Shown here: in pieces, positions 12,318-25,172 of the stretch
Layout: each line of letters begins with the position of its first letter
Position numbering within the stretch: the first letter of the stretch is position 1
Origin: Pseudogymnoascus verrucosus
Taxonomy: Eukaryota
Strand: one strand, 5' to 3'
Assembly: GCA_001662655.1 (NCBI GenBank)
Contig: KV460208.1
DNA length: 64,000 nt
Notes under the pieces: generated by a model
The model's database searches: none
The model's input: the letters and a program-made list of their open reading frames with translations, nothing else
Told to the model about the DNA's origin: nothing
Translations under genes and position numbers: made by a program

Positions 12318-13938
12318 TTAAACCCTCTTATCCCCCGCCTCATTCTGCGGCGCCTCCTCACCCATATAATCCGCATCCTCCGCAGCCTCATACTCGGCAA
12401 TCAAATCCGTCACCACCTCTCTACTCTCATCAAACTCGTCCAAGTTCTCCGAAAACGGCGCCGTCTTCTTATACCCCTCCATAAACGCATTCCGCTTCCT
12501 CATCCCATCATACTGCCTCACAATCCGCTTGAACAGCGTCGCGATGCTCGTGTGATTCGCCAGCATCAGCCCACTGACTCGGTGCTGCATCTCCACGTAC
12601 GGCGACCGCTTCGTCAGCGCGACCTGGATGGATGCCGGGCCCCAGGGGATGAAGGTAGCGAGGCGGCGCTCGCGGATGCGGAGGAGGGACTTGTGTACGT
12701 CGGTTGGGTCGACTTCGCCTTGGATGACGTTGAGGATGGAGATGTAGCAGGACTTCTTGGAGGGGTTGGTGGAGACCATGCGGTTCTTGGGCTGGAGGAG
12801 ACGGCGCATGACGTCGAGGACGGTGGTTTTGCGGACGGTCTTGGCGGCCTCGAGGGAGGTGCCGGTGAATGGCGTGTAGGAGGTCATCAGGAAGTGGCAG
12901 CGGGGGGTGGGGATTAGACTGGCGATGATGGAGACGAGGTCGTTGTGCATGTATCCTGGGTATCTTAGGGGTGTTGTGGATGCGGACATAACTGTGGAGA
13001 CCTGTTTGAAGTCATTAGCCTGATGCCGTCAACGAATATAAGCAATACAGGGGCATACCAGCTGGTTGGTCTGCTGGAAGGAAGGCTCCTGGACATGCAG
13101 CCTGTCCGCTGCGATCCTCGATAGCGCTCCATTGTCAAGAACAACCACCGAGTCCGCGTTTTGCGTCAGCCGCCTCATCGCCAACAAGCTGTTGTATGGG
13201 TGGACAACAACATCTCCGGCGTTCGTTGTATCCGGGAAAACACTGTATGTCTGTATGATCTTCTTCGGGAACCGGTCATTCAGCCTTTCTAACAGGAAAG
13301 ATCCGAGACCTGAGCCAGTACCACCAGCGATAGAGTGCAACATCATGAAGCCCTCCAGCGAGTCACTCCCGTCAGCCTCACGGTCAATCATTTCCATGAT
13401 ATCTTCGTGCACCGATTCTCCAGTTTGGTATCCATCTCCCCAGTTGTTCGCGGCTCCGACGCCGTCCTTGCCAACGAAGAAGTTCTCGGGGTTGTATATG
13501 TTTTTGTAGGGACCAGATTGGATGCCGGCAATAACCTGTGGGTGTCAGTATGTATCATTCCTTATAGCTGTAATTTAGACGTACTCGAGGCTCTAAATCG
13601 ATCAGGATCGCTCGGGGGATGTATCGTGTGTCGTCGGACTGGTAGAAGAAGACGTCCTTGCGATCGCCGCCTTCTGTCGCAAAGTCCTCGAGGTTTCCAT
13701 CCTGGCTAATTCCGTGTTCCTGGCAAAGCTGCTGCCAAAACTGGCTTCCAACTATAGATCATTAGTATCCTGAAAAGCATTGCCCGCCTGGAGAAAGCCG
13801 ATTTATGGGGACCGGGTAAGAGCGCTGGACATACTGCTGTTGCCGCACTGGCCCGCCTGGACTGTAATGATTTCTCTAGATTCGAAAGTCAGGAACGCAG
13901 TCGTCAAACTCAGGTGCGTGGAGTATTTACCTAGGCAT
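12318..13938 (-). CDS. TUB4: Gamma-tubulin, multi-exon
   Basis: [53 protein letters not shown]. Confidence 0.97.
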
Positions 13939-14290
13939 TATTACAGCATTGGGCGCATTCGTGGTGCTGGTGTTGCGGGTGAAGTCAATAAAAGCTAGGG
14001 AGACGCGTTTCGTGGGGTTGTTTCGCTTCGTGTCGCGATTGGCACTTTATTATCGCGGCCCAAGCCAAGCGTTTCTCAACGTCATTTTACAAGGCTTTGG
14101 GTCTCAATTTTAATCGGAAAATGAAAGTATAATTTTACGGAGTGGTGAAAATCACATCATCCATTCGTAATATATGCTCTATAAAGTAGTGCCAATATTG
14201 CACTACGAGGACGGCGCTGCCAGCACTGTTCCTCGGCGACATATTTCATGTGAAGCAGACACTCATAAATCCTAACCGTATGCCCTCCAA

Positions 14291-15493
14291 TTACGAGGAA
14301 ACCTTTCCCACTGCGACCTCCTCGTGGTGTATCCTCATCTCTTCCGGCTTGATGGAGTATCCAAACCTGAGCCTGAATATAAATCCGAATACCGATACCA
14401 ATAAATTCACCCACGCCAGGCTATGATAATCCCTCAGACTCACCCGGTCCAGGGGCTTCTTCTCATCGTAACCGTCAGCAACCTCTAAATATTTCTTTGG
14501 ATCATCCGTTATGACCCCATCCACGCCCTTACTTATGCTCCACTTCATCCACTTCTCTTCGTTAACCGTCCAGAGGAACACAGGGCGGTTTAATGCCTTG
14601 CAGTCTGCCAAAAACTGCTCTCCCCACGGCCCAACCATGATCTTTTGGAGCATGTTAAATGACACATTGGGAACCTTCAAAAATTGGCGCGCATATGATA
14701 TACTGAAGCCAATATGCGTGATTGGAAATTCAGGAAGATATTTTGAGCAAAGCGGCAAGTACTTGGTCTATACATGGTCAGCACCTGGGTTAGGATCAAG
14801 AATCTAGATGGTCACTTACTGCCCAGCATCCGAGCACTATCCTCTCTTTCCACGGCGTTGATGGCTTTGCTTGAGCGATTGTTTCGCTGATCAGCCGCAT
14901 CAAGTCGTCTGCATCATTGTCTAACTGATCATGCTTGTTAAATACCCGGTAGCTTCAAAATACCAGTGGAGAACTACCTTGAGATCCAGTAGAACCCATA
15001 TATGCTCCAGCCCAGGGCTCGCAACATAGTCCAGTAGATCTAGGAGCCGAGGCATGGACTGCTTTGGCTCGGCCACTGTACGAAGAGTCTTTATGTACGA
15101 CCACTCGCAGTCAATAATCTTCTTGTCGAGGCCGAAGCAGCGTTTAAGAGTTTTGTCCTAGAGGTTCATTAGCTCAGCTCATAGAGTCAGTATAGAAGGG
15201 CACAAACATGTGAGAGTACTACCACGCCGTCCTTTGTCAAGTGAACATCGGTTTCAATGGCATCGGCGCCGACTTTGACAGCACCCTCGAAGGCGGCCAT
15301 AGAGTTCTCAGGGAAGGCTGCCTTGTAACCCCGATGGCCGATAGCCTGCGGTCTTCGCTGACCATCGGCATTTTTCCTGGCAAGGGTAAAACTAGCTGTA
15401 ATTTCATCAGCGGAGGTTGGGGGAGATGTAGACAGCGAACGAACGGTGGGGAGCGCTCGAGGGTCCTCCCAGAAGTGGCGTCCGGTCGTCCAT
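14291..15493 (-). CDS. Glycerophosphodiester phosphodiesterase family protein (Pgc1-like phosphatidylglycerol phospholipase C), multi-exon
   Basis: [51 protein letters not shown] and a C-terminal hydrophobic anchor. Start MDDRTPLL at 15493 is inferred via a first intron. Confidence 0.88.
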
Positions 15494-16287
15494 TGCTGTT
15501 CTGTGATATCCAATTTCCAGATGCGATGAGATAGATGAGATCAAATCGAAGTCGCTATTTCGAATATGAGATGCTGTAGTTCAGAACAGTGGTTTTTGTT
15601 TCACTTTCCACGTTTCTGGAAATGTATATATGTATATCAGCGTGCCGACACCTGAAGGGCTGCAAGGGTATTCAGCTCAAACGGCAACGACCAGGATTCC
15701 CCGAATTGTCGACCGCAAACTAGAAAGTGGGCAATGAAGAGGTTTATATCACTTTGCACACCGATGTAGTTAAGTATTTGGGTTTGCCCCTTCTGTGGAG
15801 AACAAAGGGAAGGGGCATCCCGTCGTTCACCAGGCTACCCTCGAGGCTGAGGGGGTGACGATCGCGGCCGTCGGAGTTAGGAGTTTGGTCTCGGGTGGTT
15901 CTTCATGGCCCGCCACCACAGATACCTGGGATACTTCCAACACACCGCAATTCCACGCGTACGTGCGCGATTAACGCATGTTATATAACCACCGGCTCCG
16001 ACTAATCGCTGCTCGCCCATGAGGTAAGATTCATGGCCCTATTGGCTGCGCCATAGTAAGGTTATTTGGCCCCTTCCCCGTGCTTATGATCCTTCATGTG
16101 CAATATGCCCCACCATGCCGCGGTGGTATGTGCCCATAAGCCCGGCGATATAATTAACATATATTGTATGTGAGCTTCAAATAGTGAACATTAGAGGCAA
16201 ACTTTATAGACAGAGCATGCGCAAAATTTCTATTCCCTCTAAATTCCAGACGCCGAGTCCCCCATTCATCTATATAGACAGACCCCT

Positions 16288-17354
16288 TCAATTCAAAGCC
16301 CTCATAACCCCCTCAAAAGCCACCAGCGCCATCGCATTCGCCGGGAACGCGCGCAGGAAGCACGGCAAGAATCCTCTCCAGTAACCCCTCCACCCATTCT
16401 CTCTATACACCGCCACTGCCGCGCTCCTCCAGTTGGGGAACTTCCTTACACCATCATTCAATCCGCCTCCCAACGGATCAGTCATAACGCGTTGCTTCAC
16501 CACATCACTCGGATAACTCGTGCACCAGAAGACCTGTGCGCTCAACCCCCCGGCCCAGAAATTAATCGCCGGCGTGCTCAGGCTCGTATTCTCGGTCAAT
16601 TTCCTAGTGAAGATATCGTAGCTGCCCCACCAGCAGAAGAAGAAGCTGCGGAATAGCAGTGTGGCTGTCAGACCGTGGTAGAGGCCTGGGACGCCATGGA
16701 AGCGGTAAATCTTCTGGATGGCGTCCACCGGTCCTTTGTACAACCGCTCTGCTTTGTTGGACGAGTACTGCACTTGCAGACGCGCTTTAATATGTTCTAC
16801 CGGCGCAGCGATGAAGCTGACCGTTGACCCAGCCATGACACCGGCCATAGCGTGGCCGATAACGGGGAGCTTATGGGGTTTTTGTTCGTGGCCGATTGGG
16901 AGCGCCGCAAAGGAGGACGACGTGGCAGCGAGAGGAGGCGTGAACACGTTCTGGTGTAGGAACTTCCGGTAGAATGTGAGGGAGCCTAGCATGACGCTGT
17001 CCATGAACATCCATCCTATCAAGGGGGGCGTGGCGCCCTTATACAGTCCCGCGACGCCCTCGTTGCGGATCGTTTGCATGAGGCATTGTAGGGGCCCGTT
17101 GAACTGGGATGACTTCGAGGTTTGGAGGCGGACTTTTATCGTATCGAAGGGGTGGCCGACTGCGCGCGAGGTGTCAGTGTCTTGTCATCGGTTCAGCTCT
17201 TCATTGGAAGCTTACCTGCAAGCTTTGTGATTCCAGAGAAGACGCCAGCGATGAAGCCCTTGTAGTTTTGTTGTTTTGGCGGCGCATTGCTTTTATCTGG
17301 CGCCCCTGCGCTCTCCAATTTCAGGCCATTCTGGCTCACTGATTCTGCGGACAT
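16288..17354 (-). CDS. Mitochondrial carrier family protein (Ymc1/carnitine-carrier-like); intron 17215-17160
   Basis: Three Px[DE]xx[KR]x[RK] motifs: HPFDTIKVRLQ, APVEHIKARLQ, YPSDVVKQR. Confidence 0.93.
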
Positions 17355-18011
17355 CGACTTGACGACCTAATCGCACATCATCTAGCTCTTAGGGTGGCTG
17401 GCGTTATCTGGACTATGCAGTGTTGCGATAACTTAGTCCTCCAATCGATAAGTGGAAGGCCGCTACAGCTTCTCCGCCATATATCAGGCAGCCAACGTAC
17501 AGTATAATGGCGAGTATGGTGGGTTTATTTTGTAATACAATATGGGAGTCACTGATTGATATATTTCGGATATCGGAGCTCAATCGCTATCGATTATTAG
17601 CCGGCGGGCGATCTTCAGGGTTCTACAAACCCTGTCAGCCTTTCCAGAGCCACACCCGCCCGCTGCAAGGCACAAATTTTTAATTTACAAACATGTGCTC
17701 GTAGGCGCTCAGATATCAAGTTTATCAAAGCATTTAAATATCGTTAAGACTGGGACAATGTCACTTGGGCGATTGGCAGGTGTAGAGGGATAAGGCAGCA
17801 TCTTTCTCACTAGTTATTAATATGACATTGCGAGCAAAATAGGCCAATTGATGGGATTAGAGCGCCGTGGACAATTGGTCATGCATATCACAGACAGGCA
17901 TTGCAAAGAGAAAGATATGCAGCGGTAGAAGTGCATTTGGCTAGCTAGAATTAACTGCTAACAGGCAGCTTGCTTCACTGCATTGTGTGTGTCCGAAGGA
18001 GAGCAGAAAAT

Positions 18012-18585
18012 CTACTCCTCATCATCCTCAGCCTCGTCGTTGACGACGTTGAAGAAGCGGAGCTCGTAAACACCCTTGGAGGTGGAAACGACACGGAGCC
18101 AGTCACGGAGCTGCTGCTTCTTGAGGAACTTCTTGGTACTGGAACGGAATCAGTATGTGCTTCTGAACTTTGGCTACTACAGCCACGACAGCCAGTAGGT
18201 GAATACTCACAGGTACTTGAGGTATCTTCCGGAGAACTCCTGGTGGGCGATGACCTCGATCTTGCCCTCACCCTGCTGGGAGATCTGGATAACGTCGCCG
18301 AGGTTTCCGGTGCGGCCGTCAACCTTGATCTTGTCCTGGAGGAACTTCTCGAAGGCAGAGACGTCGAAGATCTTGTCAGACGCCGGCTGGGAGGCGTTGA
18401 TGATGAACTTCTTGGTGATCTTGGCCTGCTTGCCCTTCGCGGATTTCTGTAAAAAAAGAGTCTTAGCCTACTGTATCACGCCGCAGCGACATCGTGCCTT
18501 CAAGGCCATGAGGCCAGGAAGTATGATGAAGCCTAGCCAACAGCAAAGCGGTTCAGGGACATAAACGTACGGTGTTAGGAGCCAT
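18012..18585 (-). CDS. RPL22: 60S ribosomal protein eL22, 3 exons
   Basis: [65 protein letters not shown] with an acidic C-terminal tail. Confidence 0.95.
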
Positions 18586-18907
18586 TTTGAATGTTGACTG
18601 GTGGTCGCAAAGAAGTATAATCCTACGCCTTGTCGATTGTCGATGAAGATCCAGATAAAATAGTCTGTCGCGATCAAATCAGAGGATTGTGGGTGCCAAG
18701 AGTTTTTGCGCTATCCACTTTTGTGTTAGCACGGCAATAGGGCTTTACGGAACAACATTTAGGCGGAGCCGCCTTGGCAAATATTACACTTTATCAAATC
18801 ACGTGAATTCAGCTGATTGCAGGTGATAATGAGCTTGATATATCATTTTTGAATGAAGTAGGAGGATATTAAGAGCTACTATAAGCAAAAAAAAATGCAA
18901 AAGAGAA

Positions 18908-19018
18908 TCAAGCTGTTTGGGACTTGAACCCCGAAACCAGACGAACTGAGTTTCCAAGTCACACGCACTCGCGTGACAACTGCCAGGCGTTGATACTTAT
19001 CAACTGAGCCATACCTCC
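18908..19018 (-). pseudogene. Degenerate tRNA-like element with Pol III box A/box B and oligo-T terminator
   Basis: Minus strand reads GGAGGTA-TGGCTCAGTTG (box A) ... GGGGTTCAAGTCCC (box B), followed by T4 and T9 runs. The acceptor stem does not pair, so it is not a functional tRNA. Confidence 0.5.
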
Positions 19019-20042
19019 CTGGCAGGACTTGTTGGAGGGGCGCTTAATGGCAGCTATGTAGCTGCCATTAGACGCGTTTGCTCTTGGTGAGTTTCTCAGT
19101 GGGAAAAGGGAATGTTCACAAACAGAAATCGACATCACGTGATTATATAACCTGATAAAGATATGAGAGCTCTGTAAACTTTGGAATACACCATGGGCCC
19201 ATACCAGGCTAGGATAAACATACCATGTGCTATCACATAAGTATTAATTATTCTAAGTTGCTATACAATTTGTCTACAGTTTCAATGATTTAATTGAGTT
19301 TCAATGGTTCTTGCTTACTCTCAATTGGCTGTACAACAAGGAAGCTTGAAGCATCCAGCCTTGCAGCATCAACCCCGCGGCCTATCAGTACCAATACAAT
19401 AATAACGAAACATTTGATAGAAACAATCAAGTACAGAAACAGTTTGAAACTTGAGTTTAGAGGCAGCAATTATTCAATCAATGAAAGTGTTTGGTCAGTG
19501 TCATACATACCTACTTGTGAGCATCCCTGAATGGAGTATGCAGCCAATTTCTCTCGTGCATATAGCCAGGCAGCCGCGTGGACTCCCTTGCTTCAACTCC
19601 AACGCCTTTCACGACAACACAAAGAAATCAAACCGTAACTGAAGTAGACCCTTTTTACTTCGGAATATATCCGACGGCAAACAATACACCTACTGTCAAA
19701 TACACCTTCTACCACTCCGGTTGGTTTTGAGAGAACAAATAGCTGGAGCCTCGTGGGTATGTTCAGTGAGATCGAAACTCCAGCCGTGTAACCTCACCTC
19801 GACAGCCTTACAAACTACACCTCAACCACAACAGTGGCGCTTTACCTGTTGTCAATACGACATCACAACTCTTTGTGCCTGTTTTTCCAACACTTCACAA
19901 CCTCAAAACTTCTCTGATTAACCATACGTTTTCAGATCACCACCTTCTTTACACAAAACACCTTGGTGGGTAATCAACCAAAGCTCATTCTACTCATTAT
20001 TAACTCTCAAATAGTTTACCTATCAACACTACATCGCCAGCC

Positions 20043-23000
20043 ATGGTGCGAAAGCGCATTGCCAAACCTGCGATCCCTCCGCCAGTTGCCCCTTCCCCCA
20101 ACCAAGATCCTCAGATCGAAGCCTTGGCGACCTTCTCAGATACTGATAGTCCTCTACGCGAACCTATTCAAGCGACAGGCCCTCCAGCAACTATGCCAAC
20201 ATTCGTCCACCAAGGTCTACCTCAGGATGTTTACAATGTGCGATCTAAGGAGGAGCGTGGCGAGAGCCGAGACTTGGTATATCGTTTTCAGAACACGCAA
20301 CAAGATATGAAGACCTTTTTGCGCGAGCTCCAAGAAGAAGAAGAACGCTTGCGGAAGAGAATCGATTCGAAGAAGGCTCCTGTGCCAGTGAGTAAATTTG
20401 AGCAAGCGGAGGGGTTGGAGAGGAATCACGACAAGTTCCACGAGACCCAGGTCCTGAACGATCTAAAGAAGAGAATTGGTGCACTTACAGGCCATATTTC
20501 CAATGATGAATTAAGCAAACTTCATGCCAAGTTGCGGAGCATTATGGAACAAATGAAAGTTACGCCTCTGAATACCAAAGTCTTTCTGACCCACCCAGAT
20601 GGCTCGCCCAACAAAAATGCATTTGAAGAGGAAGCTGCTGTACAGAAGATGCTGCAGGAAATTCGCGATCTTCAGGCGAACGTTTTACTTTGGGCAAAAA
20701 CGGTTACCAAAGCCAAAGAACCGGCGAAGGATGCCCGAGAGCCGGCAGAGGAGGCTAAAGAACCAGTGAGAGAAAAGAGTGACGAGGTTGAATGGGACAC
20801 CGAAGACGCTATCCCCAAGACTGAGCCTCTTAGAATCCGCTCTGGCCAGAGCTATGAGTCGATATTGATGCCGCCCATGGATACGCAGGGTCCAAATTTG
20901 ACTGCAAATACCAATAATAGCTCTCCACATACCAGAGATGTCACCACAGATGCCATATCGGTATCCGAACCCGATGTGAAAAGCGAACTCGAAGTGAAAA
21001 GTGAGAGGCAACAACTGGCGATTCAGGACTTCGGAACGACTGGACGTGAGAACATGGTCGATGCTGTCCCGGTACCTTTACCCGCCGCCAACCCCGTCAT
21101 GTATTCCGATGTTTCTCATTCCGGAAAGAACATCGCCCTCTGGGTTGCCTTCTGGAGCGGCGACAAAAGTACTTGGGACCCTTTGCACGAGTATCTGATC
21201 GGATTCCCAAAGTCGGCACGCGATGGCGTATGGGAAGAACAAATGAGCTGGCTTAGAAAGGGCACAAGTGATCCGGCTTTACCAGATGTATGGGTTCCCA
21301 AGCCATTGGATGGAGCAGCACGCTCCACTTCAAAACAGATAGACAAGTTGGACTTGTCTCTAAGAAAGGAGATGGTCAATAAACAGAACATGAAAGCAGC
21401 AGTTAATAGCGAGCAACTCTCCAAGAAGCTCGACGTGCTCCAGAAACCGCTTCAACCTTTGGGCAACGTGGACATCCCCCGCCAGAAAGCTGTTCGTAAT
21501 GGCCCCGCCCAAAAGCCCAACGTCCGTGCTGTTATTCCAACTACCCAAGGCCCACGGGGTTTTGCTCGAGATTTCTACGACCCAACAAGAGACGAGCGCC
21601 AGTTAGCGCAACATGACACTGCGCAGCGCGAGGATCAGCTACAGAAGCGCTCGGGCCACCTGCTCGAGCTAGGTAGCTCGCTGCTACGCCGCGAGATGCA
21701 GCAACACGAGACCGATGTGGCGTTAAATCGGCGCGAGAAGGAGCAACGGGAGCTCGCTGAGCTATTACAAAAGCGCGAGCAGAACCTAAAGAATAGCGAG
21801 CTGGAGTGGGAGAAGCACCAGAACCAGCGACAGGCGGCCGAGGGGCTGCTGAAGCAGCGTGAAGAGCATTTGCACAAGCGCGAGAAGCAGCGACAGGAGA
21901 TCGATGGGCTGCTACAGAAGCTTGAGAATAAGTTACAGGAGCGTGAGTTACAGTTGGCGGAGCGTGAGCACAGTGTGCAAACCCGCGAGGTCGAGTGGGA
22001 GAAGTACCAAGAACAACGACAGGAGATTGAAAGGCTGTTGCAACAGCGCGAGGAGCAGTTACAAAGGCGTGAAGACCAACTGCAGACTCGTGAGAGCCTG
22101 CTACAGACTCGTGAAGATCAGTCACTAAAACGTGAGGACAACCAGTTGACCCGCGAGACACTGTTGCAGCGCCACGAGGGTGATATGGAAGCTAGAATAA
22201 CCATAACGAAGCAGGAAGCTACGGAATTGCAGGAAAAGTTGGAGCAGCTGACCAATGCGCGCGAAGAGCTGAAAAGGGATACCGCGAAGCAAAATTATGA
22301 TATAGGAACGCGCATCCAGCTAGTCGGGAAACGAGAGGTAGCAGTGGCATCTCGCGAAAAATGCCTGGAGCAGCTCAGGATGAGTCTGCACAACCAGTAT
22401 AAGGTGTTGATGGATGAACCGGAAAAGGCCTTTGCTGATCGGGGCGGGTCATCGACAGGGGATTGGCCGAGTGTGCTCGAGCTGGCGGTGCAGGTCAAGA
22501 TGTACGTTGAAGCCAAGGTTCTGCATTGGAACCAAAATGAGACCCAATTGGCGGATCTTAATAAGATGGCTGTGGAGATCGAGGAGGAGGCCAAGAGGGT
22601 AATTTTCGGTGGCAGAGAGATTAAGCTCTCAGATGTTAAGAAGGTGACTGCAGTTCTTACGGCGAATGACGAGAGGGACGCTGTAGTCCGTATAGAGGCG
22701 AAGAACAAATTTACCGGTATTCAGGAGTGGAACGGATGGCACGGAAATACTTCTGCAGCCACTTCAACGAAGGACGATGAGTCCACCGCATGGAGCATGT
22801 TTAAGACTGAGGAGCCTTTACCCTCCACTCTTGTCGATGATTGCTCTGGTAAATGGGGATGCGCATGTACGTCGTGTCGCGAGCGAGACAATATCTGGAA
22901 CATCCACATGCAGTCCTCTGACAAGAATGGCGCCGGGAAACGATGCAAATGCAACGGAGGCTTGGGATGTGACGGGCGTCAGGGTTGCGAAGTTTATGGT

Positions 23001-23156
23001 GACGAGAACGCGAAGGCGGCCCCTCCTCATTGTTTCGGGCTCGGCACTGGGGAGTGGGGCTGCACATGTGGACTGTGTAGGGTTGAAGCTGAGAAGCGCG
23101 CCGCTCCCTCTTCAGCCAAGAATACTCCCTGGAATTGGGATACTGGGGATTGGTGA
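20043..23156 (+). CDS. Uncharacterised 1037-aa single-exon coiled-coil protein with a Cys/Trp-rich C-terminus
   Basis: Long uninterrupted ORF. Heptad-like REEQLQ/REDQLQ repeats; C-terminal WGCxCxxCR motif present twice. Confidence 0.8.
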   Translation: MVRKRIAKPAIPPPVAPSPNQDPQIEALATFSDTDSPLREPIQATGPPATMPTFVHQGLPQDVYNVRSKEERGESRDLVYRFQNTQQDMKTFLRELQEEEERLRKRIDSKKAPVPVSKFEQAEGLERNHDKFHETQVLNDLKKRIGALTGHISNDELSKLHAKLRSIMEQMKVTPLNTKVFLTHPDGSPNKNAFEEEAAVQKMLQEIRDLQANVLLWAKTVTKAKEPAKDAREPAEEAKEPVREKSDEVEWDTEDAIPKTEPLRIRSGQSYESILMPPMDTQGPNLTANTNNSSPHTRDVTTDAISVSEPDVKSELEVKSERQQLAIQDFGTTGRENMVDAVPVPLPAANPVMYSDVSHSGKNIALWVAFWSGDKSTWDPLHEYLIGFPKSARDGVWEEQMSWLRKGTSDPALPDVWVPKPLDGAARSTSKQIDKLDLSLRKEMVNKQNMKAAVNSEQLSKKLDVLQKPLQPLGNVDIPRQKAVRNGPAQKPNVRAVIPTTQGPRGFARDFYDPTRDERQLAQHDTAQREDQLQKRSGHLLELGSSLLRREMQQHETDVALNRREKEQRELAELLQKREQNLKNSELEWEKHQNQRQAAEGLLKQREEHLHKREKQRQEIDGLLQKLENKLQERELQLAEREHSVQTREVEWEKYQEQRQEIERLLQQREEQLQRREDQLQTRESLLQTREDQSLKREDNQLTRETLLQRHEGDMEARITITKQEATELQEKLEQLTNAREELKRDTAKQNYDIGTRIQLVGKREVAVASREKCLEQLRMSLHNQYKVLMDEPEKAFADRGGSSTGDWPSVLELAVQVKMYVEAKVLHWNQNETQLADLNKMAVEIEEEAKRVIFGGREIKLSDVKKVTAVLTANDERDAVVRIEAKNKFTGIQEWNGWHGNTSAATSTKDDESTAWSMFKTEEPLPSTLVDDCSGKWGCACTSCRERDNIWNIHMQSSDKNGAGKRCKCNGGLGCDGRQGCEVYGDENAKAAPPHCFGLGTGEWGCTCGLCRVEAEKRAAPSSAKNTPWNWDTGDW

Positions 23157-24799
23157 TGCGAATATGACACTGGACGCAAACACCGAACTGACGACGACGA
23201 AACCAAGCGATTTCTAAAATGGCATTCTTAAGAGCCCGAGCAACAACGCGATGAGGACATAGCCTAGACAACTTGAATATCCTCAAGAACTCGAGCACCT
23301 TCGTCTGATCTCTTCACTTTATCACGCCCGTCCACGCAACATCTCTGTTCTTTCTGTTCTTTTATTTTTTTCTTCGCAACGACGAAACATGTGCATTTCA
23401 CGACCTATTTTTTCTTTCCTCGGGCGTCACCAACAGTGCGGCGTAACCAACAGCGCGGCGTAACATCTTCAAACATGAGATGCCGGGATGCCTTTTATGA
23501 TCAGTCACGATTTCCATCTTCTTCTTCTCCTTCACTCGGCGTCAGCGCAGTGGCATGATCCAACACTTTCATGGGCGGCAGAAGGACGGAATGAGCCGGA
23601 CGACGTTACACCTGCCTGCTTATTTAGCTAGTTATTGCGCACAGCATTTGCCCATAAGGCGGGAAGGATGAATTGACTTTCTCACCCTCTATGCATCCAC
23701 CATCTGATCCTGCGATCTCGGCCAGCCTGTCACCTAGGCAGCCAAGTGTCGTGCATTGGTACCCATCATAAACCACCAAAACCCACCTAGCAAACCATTA
23801 AAACCCCTTCTCCATGCCGTGAAACACATAGAAGGATGAAATTAACCTCCCTCCCTCCCTCCTTCCGGTCCTACAATCTCGGTATTTGAACGGTCCAGGC
23901 CGGTCCAGCCGTTAGACCACCACAACATCCACATCGCTGCAGAAATGCGCAAGCCACAAGCCAGTAAACCATCCCTGTCCCATGTCGTCCCTTCTCCACC
24001 AGGGTCGCACTACAGGGTATCCACAACCCCCCACTTACAGCCTTAGTAGAGCAGTTAGCTCATCACCTGGCCCTGCACCACACCAGCCACCCCGTTAGCA
24101 CAGACAGTACAACACATCAAAGCATAGGACAAAAAATCACCGTTCCATCCATTCCGTCGCAATGAGACACAAACCACGTAGCTCCCCGTCTAGACCAAAT
24201 GCACATCAAATGGAAGCACGGAAACGTAATGTAATGGGGGAATCATCATGTATTAAATTTCTCAACTATCAACCAACTCCCCTCTCTCCGACTCCCCCAC
24301 ATCCACACACCCCGTGTGCGTGTGTAACAACGACCCCCCTCATAGCGCAGTGCAAATCCCAGCGTCCGTAGACTAAAAATCTGGTTTCAAAAAAACGACT
24401 TCGTAAATAGAAAAAGAGACAGAGAGAGATCAAGTCCCCAACCGAAAACGAGCCGATGCGTTTCGCAGGGTCCGGCCCCCCCGAGCTATCCACCAGGGTT
24501 CGTTCAAGTACCGCGCATTACGTCAAGACTGGGCAGCTGGGCAATTTTTCGTATCCTTCCAGCCTCAGCGCAGGGATGCGCGCTGGGCTGGGCTGGATAG
24601 TCGAGTCGCCAAGCTTTCCGGCTAGAATGTGCCGCGCAGGGGTGGTGGTTGAGTCGGGTCGGAGCGCATGCTGTGACGAGACGAGACGGTTCAGATGAGA
24701 GGAGGAGAAGAAGAAGAAGGCGGAGCGCGCGCTGTCATTGTGGAGGGCGATGAGAGAGAAGGGAGACAGGCGGGAGGGTGCTCCGGGGCGGTGACGCGC

Positions 24800-25172
24800 T
24801 TAGTATTTCAAGATGATGTACCTGTGAGTTTTGTTAGCTGGCTGTGCTGTGCAGTGCTTACGAGGTGCAGGAGGTGAGTGGGGGGAGGACGTACAAGGCG
24901 TGGATGATTCCGGGGATGTAACCGAGGATGGTGAGGAGGATGTTGATGAGGAGGTCGGCGCCGCAGCCGCGCTCGAGGAAGACGCCGAGGGGAGGGAGGA
25001 AGATGGCGAGGATGATCTTGCAGATGTCGCTGGTAGGGGGTGTTAGTTTGGAGGGTTCAGAGTGAGAGTGAGGTAAGGGTTTGGAGCTTCGAATTCAAGA
25101 GCTGTTCTGGGTGAAGAGCTGGTGAATTGAAGCTGCGCAGAGGGGAGGGTCGTACCTAGCAGTGAAAGCCAT
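24800..25172 (-). CDS. PMP3: Plasma membrane proteolipid 3 (Pmp3/UPF0057), 3 exons, missed by the ORF track
   Basis: Spliced product MAFTASDICKIILAIFLPPLGVFLERGCGADLLINILLTILGYIPGIIHALYIILKY. Confidence 0.95.

Noticed and set aside
12165..12917. Long antisense or alternate-frame ORFs (e.g. 12165-12917, 26935-27765, 58042-59406, 59866-60585, 61629-62459)
   Set aside because: They shadow real genes and are explained by GC-rich codon bias or low-complexity repeats.
18138..18570. Autoregulatory hairpin in RPL22 introns
   Set aside because: Only short GU-containing stems were seen; this cannot be supported without conservation data.
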